Shown here: one piece after another, positions 12,218 to 25,000 of the stretch | How the letters are laid out: every line of letters starts with the position of its first letter | Position numbering within the stretch: the stretch's first letter is position 1 | Source of the DNA: Lytechinus pictus | Lineage: Eukaryota | Assembly (NCBI RefSeq): GCF_037042905.1 | Contig: NC_087251.1 | Span: forward strand, 16,368,001 to 16,432,000 | Direction: 5' to 3' | Length of the DNA stretch: 64,000 bases | Translations under genes and position numbers: made by a program | The notes under the pieces: model-generated | The model's database searches: none | What the model was told of the DNA's origin: nothing | The model's input: only the letters and a program-made list of their open reading frames with translations

Positions 12218-15200
12218 ATGGTTGAGGTGAGTAATCATTTTCCATACAAATAGTAAAATACGTGGGACTGTAATATAAATCGTCGCAGAGCGTACATTGA
12301 TATATTCAGTCATTAACATTTGTCTGTCTTCTGATAATATGACAATTTCATCAAAATCTGAGAATCATATAAGAGTAGAGTTAGAATAATTCATTCGGCC
12401 AAATTCTGTATTATGCTCAGCGGCCTTAAGGCTTAAATCCACCAGACCTACTGAATATCTTGTGAACTTTTAAAAAATATAGATGATAATAGATCTAGCC
12501 TAGCCCTAGACCTAGTTGATTCTAGATTCTAGTCCAGAAATCTAGATCAAACATTCACGATTCTCGTTTATTAACGTTAGCCCAGATATCGGCCATTGCG
12601 CTCGTATGTTGGAACTTTGACTGGCGCTTAGCTACAGCATCTAAAAGGGGAAGCTTGATCACCCTCCTTGATTACTGCTTAATTCCCTCTTGTAAGTTGT
12701 ATTATGTGCATGGGCAAAAAGGTGCGCAGTAAAACAAAAGAGCAAATAATATTGAAGCTTACCACCTTTCCAAATTGGTATATAACGTTATGGAAAATAC
12801 AGAATTTTTATGACAAACATGCAGGATCAGCCGGGGTTTTCTTTGTTTGCCATCATGTTTGTAATATGTAATGAGGATCGTCCCTGTATGGTAGTGGATC
12901 GTATTACCGAACACTTTTCATGAATTCAATCATATCAAACACACTATTCTCATAAAATTCACCAAACTTTCACCATGAATACACAATTACCTACAAAATA
13001 TAAATATGTAAAAATTTGGCCGAAATCGTTTTTCCTATTTACGATATTAGCTTCCAATCGGACCCCTCTTCGCATGTGAAATATTTTGGTCACTTGAAAA
13101 AGGTATCGTATTACCGAACGTGTGTTTTCTATGGGAAAAGTTGAGAAAACAACCAAAACAACAAAGTCACTGATGCGCTATTTTGACCATATCTTATTGT
13201 TTTTCGAATATTAAGACTTTGAAATTGTGTTTTTGACAATTTTTCATCATCTTTCTATTCAAGTTCTCTTTGAAAGGATGTTGCAAATTTTTGAGCATAT
13301 GGAATTATTTTCTGATGCGTATGATGCGCACGTTCGGTAATACAAGGCCGGTCGGTAATACAATCACTCACTATACATATAGACGTTGTTTTACACTACA
13401 GGTATTGTCTTTTTTACAATGATTTCTCCACATAAGAAATCTAGAAAGTTCATTCACCTGCCAAGTGTCATCATGTGGTCGTCATTAATCAAGAGTGATA
13501 GACAATATAAACTTATCAGGTTTATAACAAGATTATTTAGTAAAAAATAGACGGTGAACTGTGGGAACGGAGGTCACAGAATCTATTTTTAGCACTCAAA
13601 TTCCCTAATACTGTATGTCCTACAGGCGGAAGTGAAAACAAAAACTGTCTTCAGTAATAAGGACAACCTCATTTTATCGAGACATGATTGATGTTTGTTT
13701 ATGAGGATATCCTTGTTTTCTGGGATGACACCTCTAATGCACCAAATACAGAGGCTTCAGGTTTAATTTAAACTCTTGTCTAAAGCTGTGGTTTAGCAAA
13801 TTGTGACAGGAATCTTTAAAAGTACCTGTACAGGTATAATTGATATATCAGTTACTCTGATTATTCATAACTGCGTTAATATGCATAGCGGGACATAGTA
13901 ATTTATATAAATTAGGAACTGAAAATTGTAGCACTTGATCACAATTTGAAAGTTTGTACAACTATGAAAACAGCTTCTATTTCAAAAGTTTAAACATGGT
14001 TCCATTTAAAATTGTTTCAAATGTTATTTTTGGTTGCAGCAACTGAAGAGATATTTGTGGAGTCTTTTGCAAATGTGAGTATTCAAATACTGTTTCATAA
14101 ACATTATTTTGATTTTTTTGTAATCGGGGTTGGTCTTTAATGGGAGTGGTAGATTTTCAAGTGATCAAGGGCAAAAAGTGTAAAGATGGGGAGGATGTAA
14201 AGAAAAAAATGCATTGTTGATGAGATGATTTGCATCTATGAGATGTCTTGTATCTTTCTTTCATTCAATATTGATTAAAACTTTTTGAATTGCAAAAATA
14301 TCCAATATTCCTTCACCTTTCTATAAAAATATTGCATTTATTTACAGACTAAAATGGCATGCTAGACTAAGGGTCTAGAGCAAAGTCCTCCACATCAACA
14401 TGAATGCAGCCTCTCAACTCATTCTTTATGACCAATATTTGTATGTCAGTATATGATAAAGATGAAATACATGTCCTTCTCATAAGTGAATGATGATTGG
14501 TAGCAAAATATTTGAAATGAATAATTTTTTAATTTATCCCAAGTCTTTCTATTTACCAATGTCAAATTTTGAAAGATGATTTCATATTTCTGTCTGAATC
14601 ATATTCAGGGTTGAAGGGCTAGAAGCCATAGTAATTACAGATAGAGATGGTGTCCCTGTTATTAAAGGTAAGTCCTACTGCGTTCAGTTTTTAATATATT
14701 TTGGGTTGAAAATGCCTTGGCAATTGGCAAAGTTTTATGTGGTTCAAACTTTTTTTCTTCTTCTACATGTAGCTTTAAAAGCAGAATCTACGGCCAATTA
14801 AAATTGATATTAATTAAAAAAAAATTTTTTTAAAGCGCTAAAAATTAAAGTATGAAAATGAGAATGGCGGCAGATCAAGATGGGGTGCAAGAGACATACA
14901 AGCACTATTTATTTTATATTCATATTATGATACTGATTGTTTATTATCAAATATCACTAATCCGTAATTGTGTAAAGTTTATACAAAAGTCTTTTGGTTG
15001 AATTGTAAGAAAGAAAATAGCTGAATCGACATGTTCAAGATGGAGAAACCCACATTTTGCATAATTGAATTGTAAATTAATTGAAAACTTCTTTGTAACA
15101 AATTACAAAAGAAATTATGAATGCATAATCTTACTTGCATTACCTGTGCTTTGCCTACTGTACATGTAACTGTTATGTGAAAAGAAATAAATCTTAAAAG

Positions 15201-18200
15201 TATTATTATCTTTCATCCAATTTTTATGCAATTTTCAATAATATGCTTGTTCAATTATTTTTTTATTTATTCAGATCAATTGTTGCTTGGGGTGGACTTT
15301 GCCTTTATTTGTAAAATTTTGATTTGGTGGTGTAGAAGGAGCAAAGAGTTTGCTTTTAATCTTTTTAAGGGTCTTGTATAGTTAGAGCAATGTAATCCCC
15401 TGTGTTTGTACGTGCTTGTGTTTTTGTTTTGAGAGTCTATTACTTATGCTCTAAAAAATGAATTTGTGATATAAATGAGTGAATATGAGTCAGTAGTGGA
15501 AATACACTGTCATAAAACTATTTTATTAAAAAAAAAAACAGGCATATTAAAGATATTGGACTACAGTCTAAAAAAGTGTATATTACCCTGGAATCTGATT
15601 ATTTAAAGAATGATTACATGTTAAGATTTGTTTAGGAGCTTTCTTTCTCACTTTTTTCTTTGGTAGTGAAATCTGATACCACTCCAGAACATGCAATGAG
15701 ACCAGCCTTCCTTGCCACATTCGCCATGGCTGCTGACCAGGCCAGTAAACTAGGGCTTTCTGCCAACAAGAGTATTATATGCACATACTCATCACATCAG
15801 GTAACAATTATTTGTGTGATTAATTTAGAGTGATATTTAGTGGGCCAATTGCACAAAAAGAAACAATTGCTTGCAAGATTTTGGTTTAAGCAAAATCACA
15901 AGAAATAGGAACTACATGTATGATACAACTGTATGTTTTGCTGAAGTTGGATAATACAATTATAAGCAGTCCCATAGAAGTAATTGCTCAAACAAATAAA
16001 TCACCAACAACCTATTGAAGAGTTGTAGGGTTCCATCCTTTTAAGCACTGAAATTATCAGTGCTATTTTCCTCTTCAAATAATAAAAAAATTGAATTCAT
16101 AATCTGGAAATCAGAAAAATAATCTTTTTTTTTTTACGTACAAACCTGTGGAATCACAATTTTCCTGACACGGTGTGATGTCATATAATTCAAGCTGTTA
16201 AAGTGATGCTCTAGGCTGAAGATATTTATATCTCAATAAATAAAGTAATATTCACAGAGCAAAATGCTGAAAATTGATCAAAATCGGATAACAAATAAAC
16301 AAGTTAGTAATAATTTTATATACCGCAAATTGCCTCTAAGCGATTTAGAGAAAGGAAATATGAAGTATATGGAAATAGAAATACTTTGCACAACAAAATG
16401 TATCAAAACTAATATTACAATTTACAACTAGTTCTCACCAGATCATGAATAAAGAAATACCATCAAATTGGCCAATAAACATATATGATATGATAAATTT
16501 AAGATTTAAAAAGATGAGTTTTAAGCATAACTTTAAATATATTAACAGTTAGCATTGCGAATTTGTAGGGGGAGATTGTTCCAAAGAAATGAAGCTGCAT
16601 AAGAGAAAGAACGCTGACCGTATTGTTTGTAAGAAGTATGAGATCGAGAAAGAAGAGATTGAGAAGCAGAACGTAGAACTCGAACTGGCTGATATCGAGG
16701 AAGGAAATCAGAAAGGTATGAAGGAGCTACACCATGATATGACTTGAAAGCAAGAAGAAGAATTTTGTAGGTGATACGAGAAGTAATAGGAAGCCAGTGG
16801 ACTTTACGAAGCACAGGAGTAATGTGGGAAGAAGGAGGGACACAGGAAACAAGACGAGCTGCTGTGTTTTGGATGAGCTGGAGCTTTGAGGTCATTTTTG
16901 TGGAAAGACCAAAAGAAGGGAATTACAATTATCTAAGCAAGATGTGACAAAAGCATGAAAAAGACGATGGGCAAGAAACCTACGGATTTTACTTATTTTT
17001 CGTAAGGCTACAAAGGCAGACTTACATAACATCAACATTTTGAGACATGGAAAGGGACGAGTCCATGACAGCACCATGATTCCGCACTATATTTGAAGGC
17101 TTAATTACAGACTGCCTGATCCTTACACTAATTTGCGGAACGTCAGAGCAATACTGAAATAATGAAAGTGAACAAGTTCATTCTTAGAATCATTTAAAGA
17201 TATCTTATTCTGAAATGACCAAGTTCTAACATCCTTCAAACAATTTTCCATATTTTCATTATTCCGGAGAATCAGTTTTAGGCATTTCTTCATGAATATT
17301 CCTTAGGTGGGCTGATGATGTCATATCCCAACTTTTTATTTTGTATTTCATTATATGAAATTAGGTTTATTAAAAAAATTTCTAACAAGAACTAAAACAA
17401 TTGTATTGACAACTGATTAACTGCATTAGATATTTCTTGTTGCAACTTATTTCATTATAATGGAGACACAACATTTACACATTTATGAAAAATTAAAACA
17501 ATTATTATTTCATGTAATACCATAAGAAAAAGGAAAGTAGGTATGTGACATCATCAGCCCACCTAATGAATATCCAAGAAGACATGCCGAGAACTATTTC
17601 ACTAGAATAATGCAAATCTTTAAAATTCAATAACTTTGTTATTTGTTATGCGATTTTGATGAAATTTTCAGCATTTTGCTCTGTGAATTTTACTATATTT
17701 TTAAAGATATAAATATTTTCAGCCCGGAGTATCCCTTTAAGAGGCTCCACAAAGCCTATTGTAAAAATCAGTTAAATTGATTTTTTCTTAAGCAAAGTAC
17801 TGAGCAGTCACGCGGTAAATATGCATAAAACTATGTAGCTAATACTACGGTCACAAATACCTTTACACTGTACAAAGGATTTTTATACATAGCAATGAAT
17901 GCTATGAAACCATTCGTACAGTGTTCGTAAAGGTATTTGTTAGCATAGCATTATCCCATTTGTCAATTTCTCTTTTATCTTCAGTCTTGAGTAGAAGTAG
18001 ACATGTCCATTATGAGCATTGAGCACCGTGCAAACAACTGCACATGTCTTTTGTATTCACATCAATTTTTTGGCCATATGATTTTATTTTAGAAGCAACT
18101 ACATGTATCACTATCCAGGCCTGCACTATCACATATTTTTATTTAGATGACAATTATGGTACCATTTCTCTTTGTATCAGTATTATCTTGATTACCTTCG

Positions 18201-19382
18201 GTTAGAAAATATCACTTTCAGTTACTCATTCCTTTCTACTTCCATTGCAGGTTGTTCATTTTAATAAGCAGCCCCTCTTTGTCAGTTTGATTGCCACAAG
18301 AAAAGCTAATACAGGTAAGAATTCAGTGTAAACCTGATGAAAGAGGGTCTTTAAAGGCTTGATCCCACTGCACTTATGGATGCAGAGGAAAAATGGAAAA
18401 GTAACTTGCCATCCGTTGGAAAACGTTATGTATCCGTTGTGTGTTACATACGCTCTATATCCATCGAGCATCCGTCCACTGTGATTTCATCGTTTGCCCA
18501 ATTTGTCCATTGTCTGGAGCGGATGAAAATGGATGGAGCCTACCCGAAATTTTACTTGTCCACTGTATCCATTATGAGTATGTTTTGTGTCCGTCGGCCA
18601 GTGGGACCAGGCTTTAACAGAGTACAAGAAATATTTAGTTACAGGGCAGGCAGTGTGATTTGAAAGTGCAGAAAATTAAAAAGGAAAGGAACAAAGCCAA
18701 GTAAAAAAAACAGTATCAAAAAGATTGTGCCGTGTCATGTATTGTACTCTTATTTTTCATTGAGCATTCAGAAAATTGGAGGAACCTTGCCCTGTTATCA
18801 AAATATCCCAGCACTGCCTCTGCCTTGTATTTGTTGTGAAACAGACAACATAATGTGGCTTGGCATGAACATGAAGTTAGAGTCAAAAGCTTAACATACC
18901 CCTGGCCATCTCACCCACCCAAAGTGCTATATCTAATAAATGGATTTGGTATTAAACAATAGAGGTTATCAAGCTTTTTGAGTAGATTTTAATTTCTAAA
19001 ACCCTCATATTCCTTTTACTCCAATTGTGAAATGTAACTTTGGTACTTGTACAGTAATGCTCACCTAACTGGTGCCAGCATTTGGAAGATGCTTGTAATC
19101 AAAGCTAACCTTGTTTGCAGGTTTTATACCTTTGAATTTAGACATTGTGGTGATAAAGATTAAAAAAATAATTAAACTTCTAAGATTTAAAATCTTTAAA
19201 CACAGATATCACACTCCAGACTACTCCCCTTTTTGGGGGAGGGGGTAGATTTTTTTTTTCATGAAATGAAGAGATTTTTAATTAATGTCATCTTTTCTCC
19301 TCTTATTCCAGGGCTATTAATGGATTTGGAGTCGGAACTTGAGGGTTTGCTACCAGAGCTAAAGGCTGCCATTGACGTATAG
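12218..19382 (+). CDS. LAMTOR3: Ragulator complex protein LAMTOR3 (MP1/MAPKSP1), 123 aa
   Basis: Exons 12218-12226, 14040-14074, 14609-14667, 15667-15800, 18251-18314, 19312-19382, all GT-AG, total 372 nt. Protein MVEQLKRYLWSLLQMVEGLEAIVITDRDGVPVIKVKSDTTPEHAMRPAFLATFAMAADQASKLGLSANKSIICTYSSHQVVHFNKQPLFVSLIATRKANTGLLMDLESELEGLLPELKAAIDV matches LAMTOR3 throughout. AATAAA at 19401. Confidence 0.95.
12884..13378. mobile_element. MITE in LAMTOR3 intron 1
   Basis: Imperfect TIRs (GTATGGTAGTGGATCGTATTACCG / CGGTAATACAATCACTCACTATAC) and internal GTATTACCGAAC repeats. Confidence 0.55.
16202..17736. mobile_element. TTAA-flanked Kolobok-like MITE interrupted by an L2 LINE
   Basis: TTAA|AGTGATGCTCTAGGCTGAAGATATTT ... 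AATATTTTCAGCCCGGAGTATCCCT|TTAA; subterminal sequence shared with the 20796 and 29286 elements. Confidence 0.65.
16305..17260 (-). mobile_element. L2 LINE 3' fragment
   Basis: ORFs 16542-16895 and 16892-17077 (HAFVTSCLDNCNSLL; KLQLIQNTAARLV...HITPVLRKVHWLPI...LWNNLP) are the typical L2 ORF2 C-terminus. L2-type tail near 16310-16345. Confidence 0.85.
18353..18615. mobile_element. Harbinger-like MITE in LAMTOR3 intron 5
   Basis: AGGCTTGATCCCACTG ... CAGTGGGACCAGGCT ends in a TAA context, with internal (CATCCG) repeats. Confidence 0.5.
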
Positions 19383-19426
19383 GCTCTAGTTATTATTTGT
19401 AATAAATATTGTAGTGTTCAACTTTA

Positions 19427-19648
19427 CTGGGTGTATCACATAGAAAAGGAAACCCAGTACCTTTTCCGAAAAATTTACATTTCACTGATATCTTAATAAG
19501 TGATATAGGACACTCATCACCAAACACAAATGTTGTTAATATTGTTCTCTTGCGAAGTGAACATGTATACCTACTATTTTAAACAATGCATCAAGTTATT
19601 CTTGGTCATAGAAACCTTATTTCAGTTTCATTTTATTGATACACCCTG
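19427..19648. mobile_element. Tc1/mariner-type MITE just 3' of the LAMTOR3 stop
   Basis: TA|CTGGGTGTATCA ... TGATACACCCTG|TA. Confidence 0.65.
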
Positions 19649-20795
19649 TATATTTACATGGATATGAGAAAGTTTCACACTTTTTTCATATGCGTGTTGT
19701 TTTGTAGGCATTGATGTGGGCCCATATAATGTTAATTGTGTCACAGAGTACTTTTCCCGAGCTTTTTGATATCGAGTATGTTTTTATGATTATTTTGGTG
19801 TTTAATTCAGCTGGACTACAAGGAGATTACTATGGCTAAGAACTTGTCAGCTCCAGTACTTATATTTATTTAGATTTCAGGCAAAGCACTTTTTGACAAT
19901 TGCATGCATTGGGGTGACCGCACAAGACTTTAATGGATTTTCTGGTATTTTTGCAACTTTTCGTCAGGGTGAATTTTCCATTTAAAGATCTTTATCAGAC
20001 TCATGCTTATGTTTACTAAGGCCGCGTCAAAATGCAGTTCAAAGCAAATGTTTATACCTATTTTGACAACCACATATAGACCCAAGGCCAAGGGGAAAAA
20101 AAAAACCTTCCCAAAAAATTGCTGAAAGTTCACATCTTTATATTCATGAAATGGCAATCTAATTTTCATATTTCCTTGAAATTATTTTGATTTAATTGGA
20201 AATTTACTGAAAAAATGAAGAATATTCACCTCTTTCAAAGATTTCAGTGAGAAATGTTGCAATACCATGAAGGTCTACATGTGGGACTACAATAATTACA
20301 AATTAGCGTAACATCATAAAACATTTTAGAGTCAAGAGAAAATGAATATTATTCTTTTTCTTGATAGTTTTCAACTTCATCAAAACAATTTCTAGGGAAT
20401 ATGGATTTAAAGATGCAAAATATGAAAATTTTGCAAATTTTGAACATCTCAAGCCTAACATTTACGTTATGTTGACTGAAACAATTTTACTGGCTCCATC
20501 TTCCTACAGTATACAAGTAATGCATACAGCAGTGAACATGAGGGTAGTATGTTTAGCAAGATTGATTTTTCATTTCATTGTGAATACTTGAGTTTCGAAT
20601 TTGTATTTTATTTCAAATCCCTGCTTTTAACATCTGCCTATTATAACATCACAAGCATAGCCGTATGATTCTAGTTTTTTTTTATGAAGCTGATAAAAAA
20701 TACTTCTAGTCATAACCTTTGAGGGATGTAAAATCTTATACAACTCTAAATATTGAATTTTGAGCATAGGGTATGTATAGAGATCTAGATGTTAA

Positions 20796-21277
20796 AGGTC
20801 AAGTCCACCCCAGGAAAATGCTGACTTGAATAAATAAAGAAAAATCAAACTAGCATAGTGCTGAAAATTTCATCAAAATCGGATGTAAAATAAGAAAGTT
20901 ATGACATTTTAAAGTTTCGCTTAATTTCACAAAACAGTTATATGCACATCCTGGCTGGTATGCAAATGAGGAGACTATGATGTCATCCACTCACTATTTC
21001 TTTTGTATTTTATTATAAATATTCTAATTTTCTCATTGTCAAGTGATACAACGATTAATCCCTCCTTGAACATGTGGAATTAGCATTGTTTAATACTATA
21101 TGGTTCAGTCAAGTTGGTCCTTATTGTCAAATTTATAAAAAATGATTTTCATTTATAGATTTGTCAATAAGGACCAACTTGACTGAACCATAACAATGCT
21201 AATTCCACATTGATTGATGAAATTTTCAGTGTTATGCTTGTTGGATTTTTCTCTTTTTGTTAAGGTGGACTTGTCCT
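20796..21277. mobile_element. Kolobok-like MITE, rearranged copy of the 29286 element
   Basis: TTAA|AGGTCAAGTCCACCCC ... GGTGGACTTGTCCTTAA; about 350 bp nearly identical to the left and central part of the 29286 element. Confidence 0.8.
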
Positions 21278-22070
21278 TAAAAAATACATTAAAATGGATG
21301 TAAATTTATGTATATTTCATTTTTTGTAAAAAAGAAATTATGAATAAATGATATATTTACCTGTATACATGTGCACCAGTTTGTTTCTTATAGTCATGCA
21401 AGGGCAAATACAGCAATATAATAATCCAATTCAAAGACTCTTTCAGGCACACACTATTGGCTGAGATTTTCATTCTCATCATTTTATTACAATGAAGAAT
21501 GTTGGCATTTCATTCTAGCCAACTTAATTCTTGCTTCAAGCTATCATTCAAAATATACAGAATAGGATAAGTGCTTATTTAGTCCAAAGAAATGCAAATC
21601 TAGACAAATTTTTGTTCAGATTGGCTGTTGACTCCGAGTCAACTTGGGCATTGCTTCAAGATGTCCTACTCGCACTGAACATCTTGCTACTACAATTACA
21701 AGAGGTGTATGTTAGTAGCAAGTACACGCTTGCTCCTCGCTTCCAAACTCAGCAAATGATCATGCACATGCCCACAAAAGAATACATGTTGTGCCATGAA
21801 ACCTCTTCACTCGTTTGTGTTATTGAGCCAAGAAAAAATAGTAATCCAAAATGAAGATCTGCAGCTAATGAAATATTGTTGGCAATTTCAAGATGTCCAT
21901 ATTACTAAAATGTACTTCTGTCATAGCATGTGGCAATGGTTGCATAGTTTTCCAACTTTATCTTGTCTTTCTTCCAGCTAAGGACCATCATTCCATGAAA
22001 TGAATTGCTTTGGAAAAAAGAATCCTTTCCTTCAAACACATGAGTTGTAAAATGTACACATCAGTGACTC

Positions 22071-25000
22071 CTACAGGATGTCTTCACCAAAGTCTTTCAT
22101 CTTACTACTCCCACCACCCATGGAGGTACTCGGTAGGCGGGTGGATCGTCCAGCCAGCATACGACTGTGTCCTGCCTGCTGTGATGATGACTGCTGCTGG
22201 GGCTGAGGCTGTATCACACCATCAACATAAGCCTTGACCGCTAGACTGGTCTTAGGCCCCGTCCTCCAGAGCTGACCATCTTCATCGGCTATACTGGTCT
22301 CAACGTTGATGGAATGAAGACCGACCGTTGGGAACAACAGGAGGACTTGACGGCTGAAGTAGTCATTGTGCGGGGTGATGCGGCATTCAATTTCCTTTGG
22401 TCCAGTCTGTAAAATATTTAAATCATATCAAATAGCATGGTGGAAACTTATAAACAATGGTGAACTTTAAAATTTAACATCATGATCCCACAAATATCCT
22501 TTGCTAACAACATAACCTTATCAATTTGTTTTTCAGTTAGTTGAGTATACAAAAGTTACCCTTCCTGTTGTCCCAAGAGATTTGACAACCTAATCCTGGG
22601 ATACTAAATTTGACATTTTGTTTTGGTTATCTGCAGAGATTGAACACCAAATAAGAAATTTAATTTAGCTTACCTCTTGTTGTTTTTCCTCAGTTTTGTT
22701 GTTGGATGAAGAAGTGGTGTTCACATTGATGACAATTTGGTCTACTTTTCGAAACAGTCCTGTTGTAATTTTGATAAACAAGAAAAAATTATTCATAAAT
22801 ATCACAAGTGCAGTTAATGGCGAGTATCAAAAAGCAAATTTCACATGACATTTGATGCAAGCTTTCTAAATGTAATCATACTTGATGAGACAGTAAAATG
22901 GAGATACAATCATCAGTTTATGTACATCTCTTCTTCACTATATGATTAAAAGATGAGGTTTGATTCAAATTCAGTGTTTTTTTGCAGACATGCATCATTA
23001 TTAAAAAAATAATCTGCTATTTACGAACAGTTCACTCAGTACTTGGTCAAAAAATAAATAAAAGAAGAGATTTCACTCTCATTAGTGTCAAACATCTAAT
23101 AAAAAAAATTTCAATTTTATGATATACCTCTCGAATTTTTTTTTTGGGGGGTGCGCACATTTGTGATATCATACCTGGTTGAGAGCCATGCTGAATGACA
23201 CCTTCTACTTTGAGAGCAAGATGAGTGTTGGTTGCTATGGATACAGGTTCACCCGAAGCTCTGGGTGATGGAGATAGATTCAGCTGAAAGAGAGAATATA
23301 ATGATAGGAAACTAATTTCAAAGATCTAACCACAGATCTCTCAATGTCTGAAAAAAAAATCTTCAGTAAAGATCCCCTCATATAAAAAAGAAATATTGCA
23401 CAAATGTTATCAACTACCTCAAGGAAGTGCAATTTTATGTTAACTTCCAATTAGTAAAAGAATTGCACATTTTGATCCACACCACCAAGTTTACCTCCTG
23501 GATAAAAAGACAAGGTATATACACCACGAAGTGTCCCCTAAGAATGCATCTGTCTCGGTATTTGGTCAAACTTTGGTATTACGAAGGACAATTTGACCAT
23601 TACACACAATGTTACACATCAATACCAAGTGACACAGTGAGATACAAACCTTGATACTGGTGGATTGAAGAGCCTGGTAGAAGTATCTAGGAAACCCAAA
23701 GGACATCTTGAGAAGAGCTAGAGATGCTCTTTGTATACACTCAGTATGCTGTATGATAAACAAAGAACAAAACAGATATCGAGAGCTCATTAAGAATGTA
23801 TACCCTTTCTGGAGAGTTGGGTTCAGGATGAAGGATGCACTTATCACATCGCAGATGAAAACAATGAATTACACGTTCTGACTGCATCACTCCAGCACAA
23901 ACACTACGGGGGAGGGAGGGAGGGGTCAGATTCATAATCGTGAACACTCCCTCTCTAATGTGAGATCCATCACCAACACCTACCACTACATCTTGTTCCT
24001 AAGAAATGTTCATGCCCCTCCTAATGTGGTCAGTTCTCGAACCATAGACACATGACGAAAGTCCAGAATGATATCCATTAAAGTGTCAAATAATGAGACT
24101 AGACTCTAAATATATATGAGACTACTACTATCAACATTCTTATTCATTCATCAATATCTACTTGAGGATAAGGGTGGTGTTTCATAAAGCTGTTCATAAG
24201 CTACAAATGACTTTACGCACGATGGGTGACCCTTTCTTAGATCAGGGGAGTGTTTCATCATTATTTTCATCCGACAAGTTGTCAGATCTGACATCTTTCC
24301 GTGATTTTGATTGGCTGAGAGGCACTGTTCCTATGGTAACTGTCGGATAAAATGGGACTTGTCGGATAAAACGTCCGACAAGTCCTTTCATGAAACGCCC
24401 CCCTGTATTCCCATCAGCTGAAGTTGAAATCTGACCAATTAAAATTAACATTCTGAACTAGTATTTGAATGCAATTTTTTTATCTGCCAGGGGTATCTCA
24501 TTCAGTACAAGAAATGGTCACCAGTTAACTTAAGAACAGCTGCATGAAACAGCCCCCAAGATGAGAACAGGTTGAGATTATAGTGGATTACCTGATGTGA
24601 TACTGAATTGCCTTCAGTCTCTTCCAGCACAGTCTGAAGGTCAGCAAGGATCTGATTGGTCACTCTACTGCTTTCAGCCATCAGGTCATTGCCATGGTCA
24701 CCAGCATTGCTTGACCCTAACAGATCCTGCTGGATCATGTGCTTTCCACTGTCATAGATACAGATGAGATGAGAAGATTAAGAAGGCCAAATATTCCTTT
24801 ATTTGTTTTAACCCAACCAGCCTTTTTAATAGTAAAACTGCAGTCTTTACTGTTAAATTCAATTTTGATGAGAAAAAAAAAATGCACCAACTGTAACTAT
24901 TTTCATACCCTTTTGGAAACCATTCAAAATTAAGGGAATGGAGAATATGCCCTTATCACATGGATAGTAAGGCTTGTGCCATTAAATCGGGTTACCGCAT

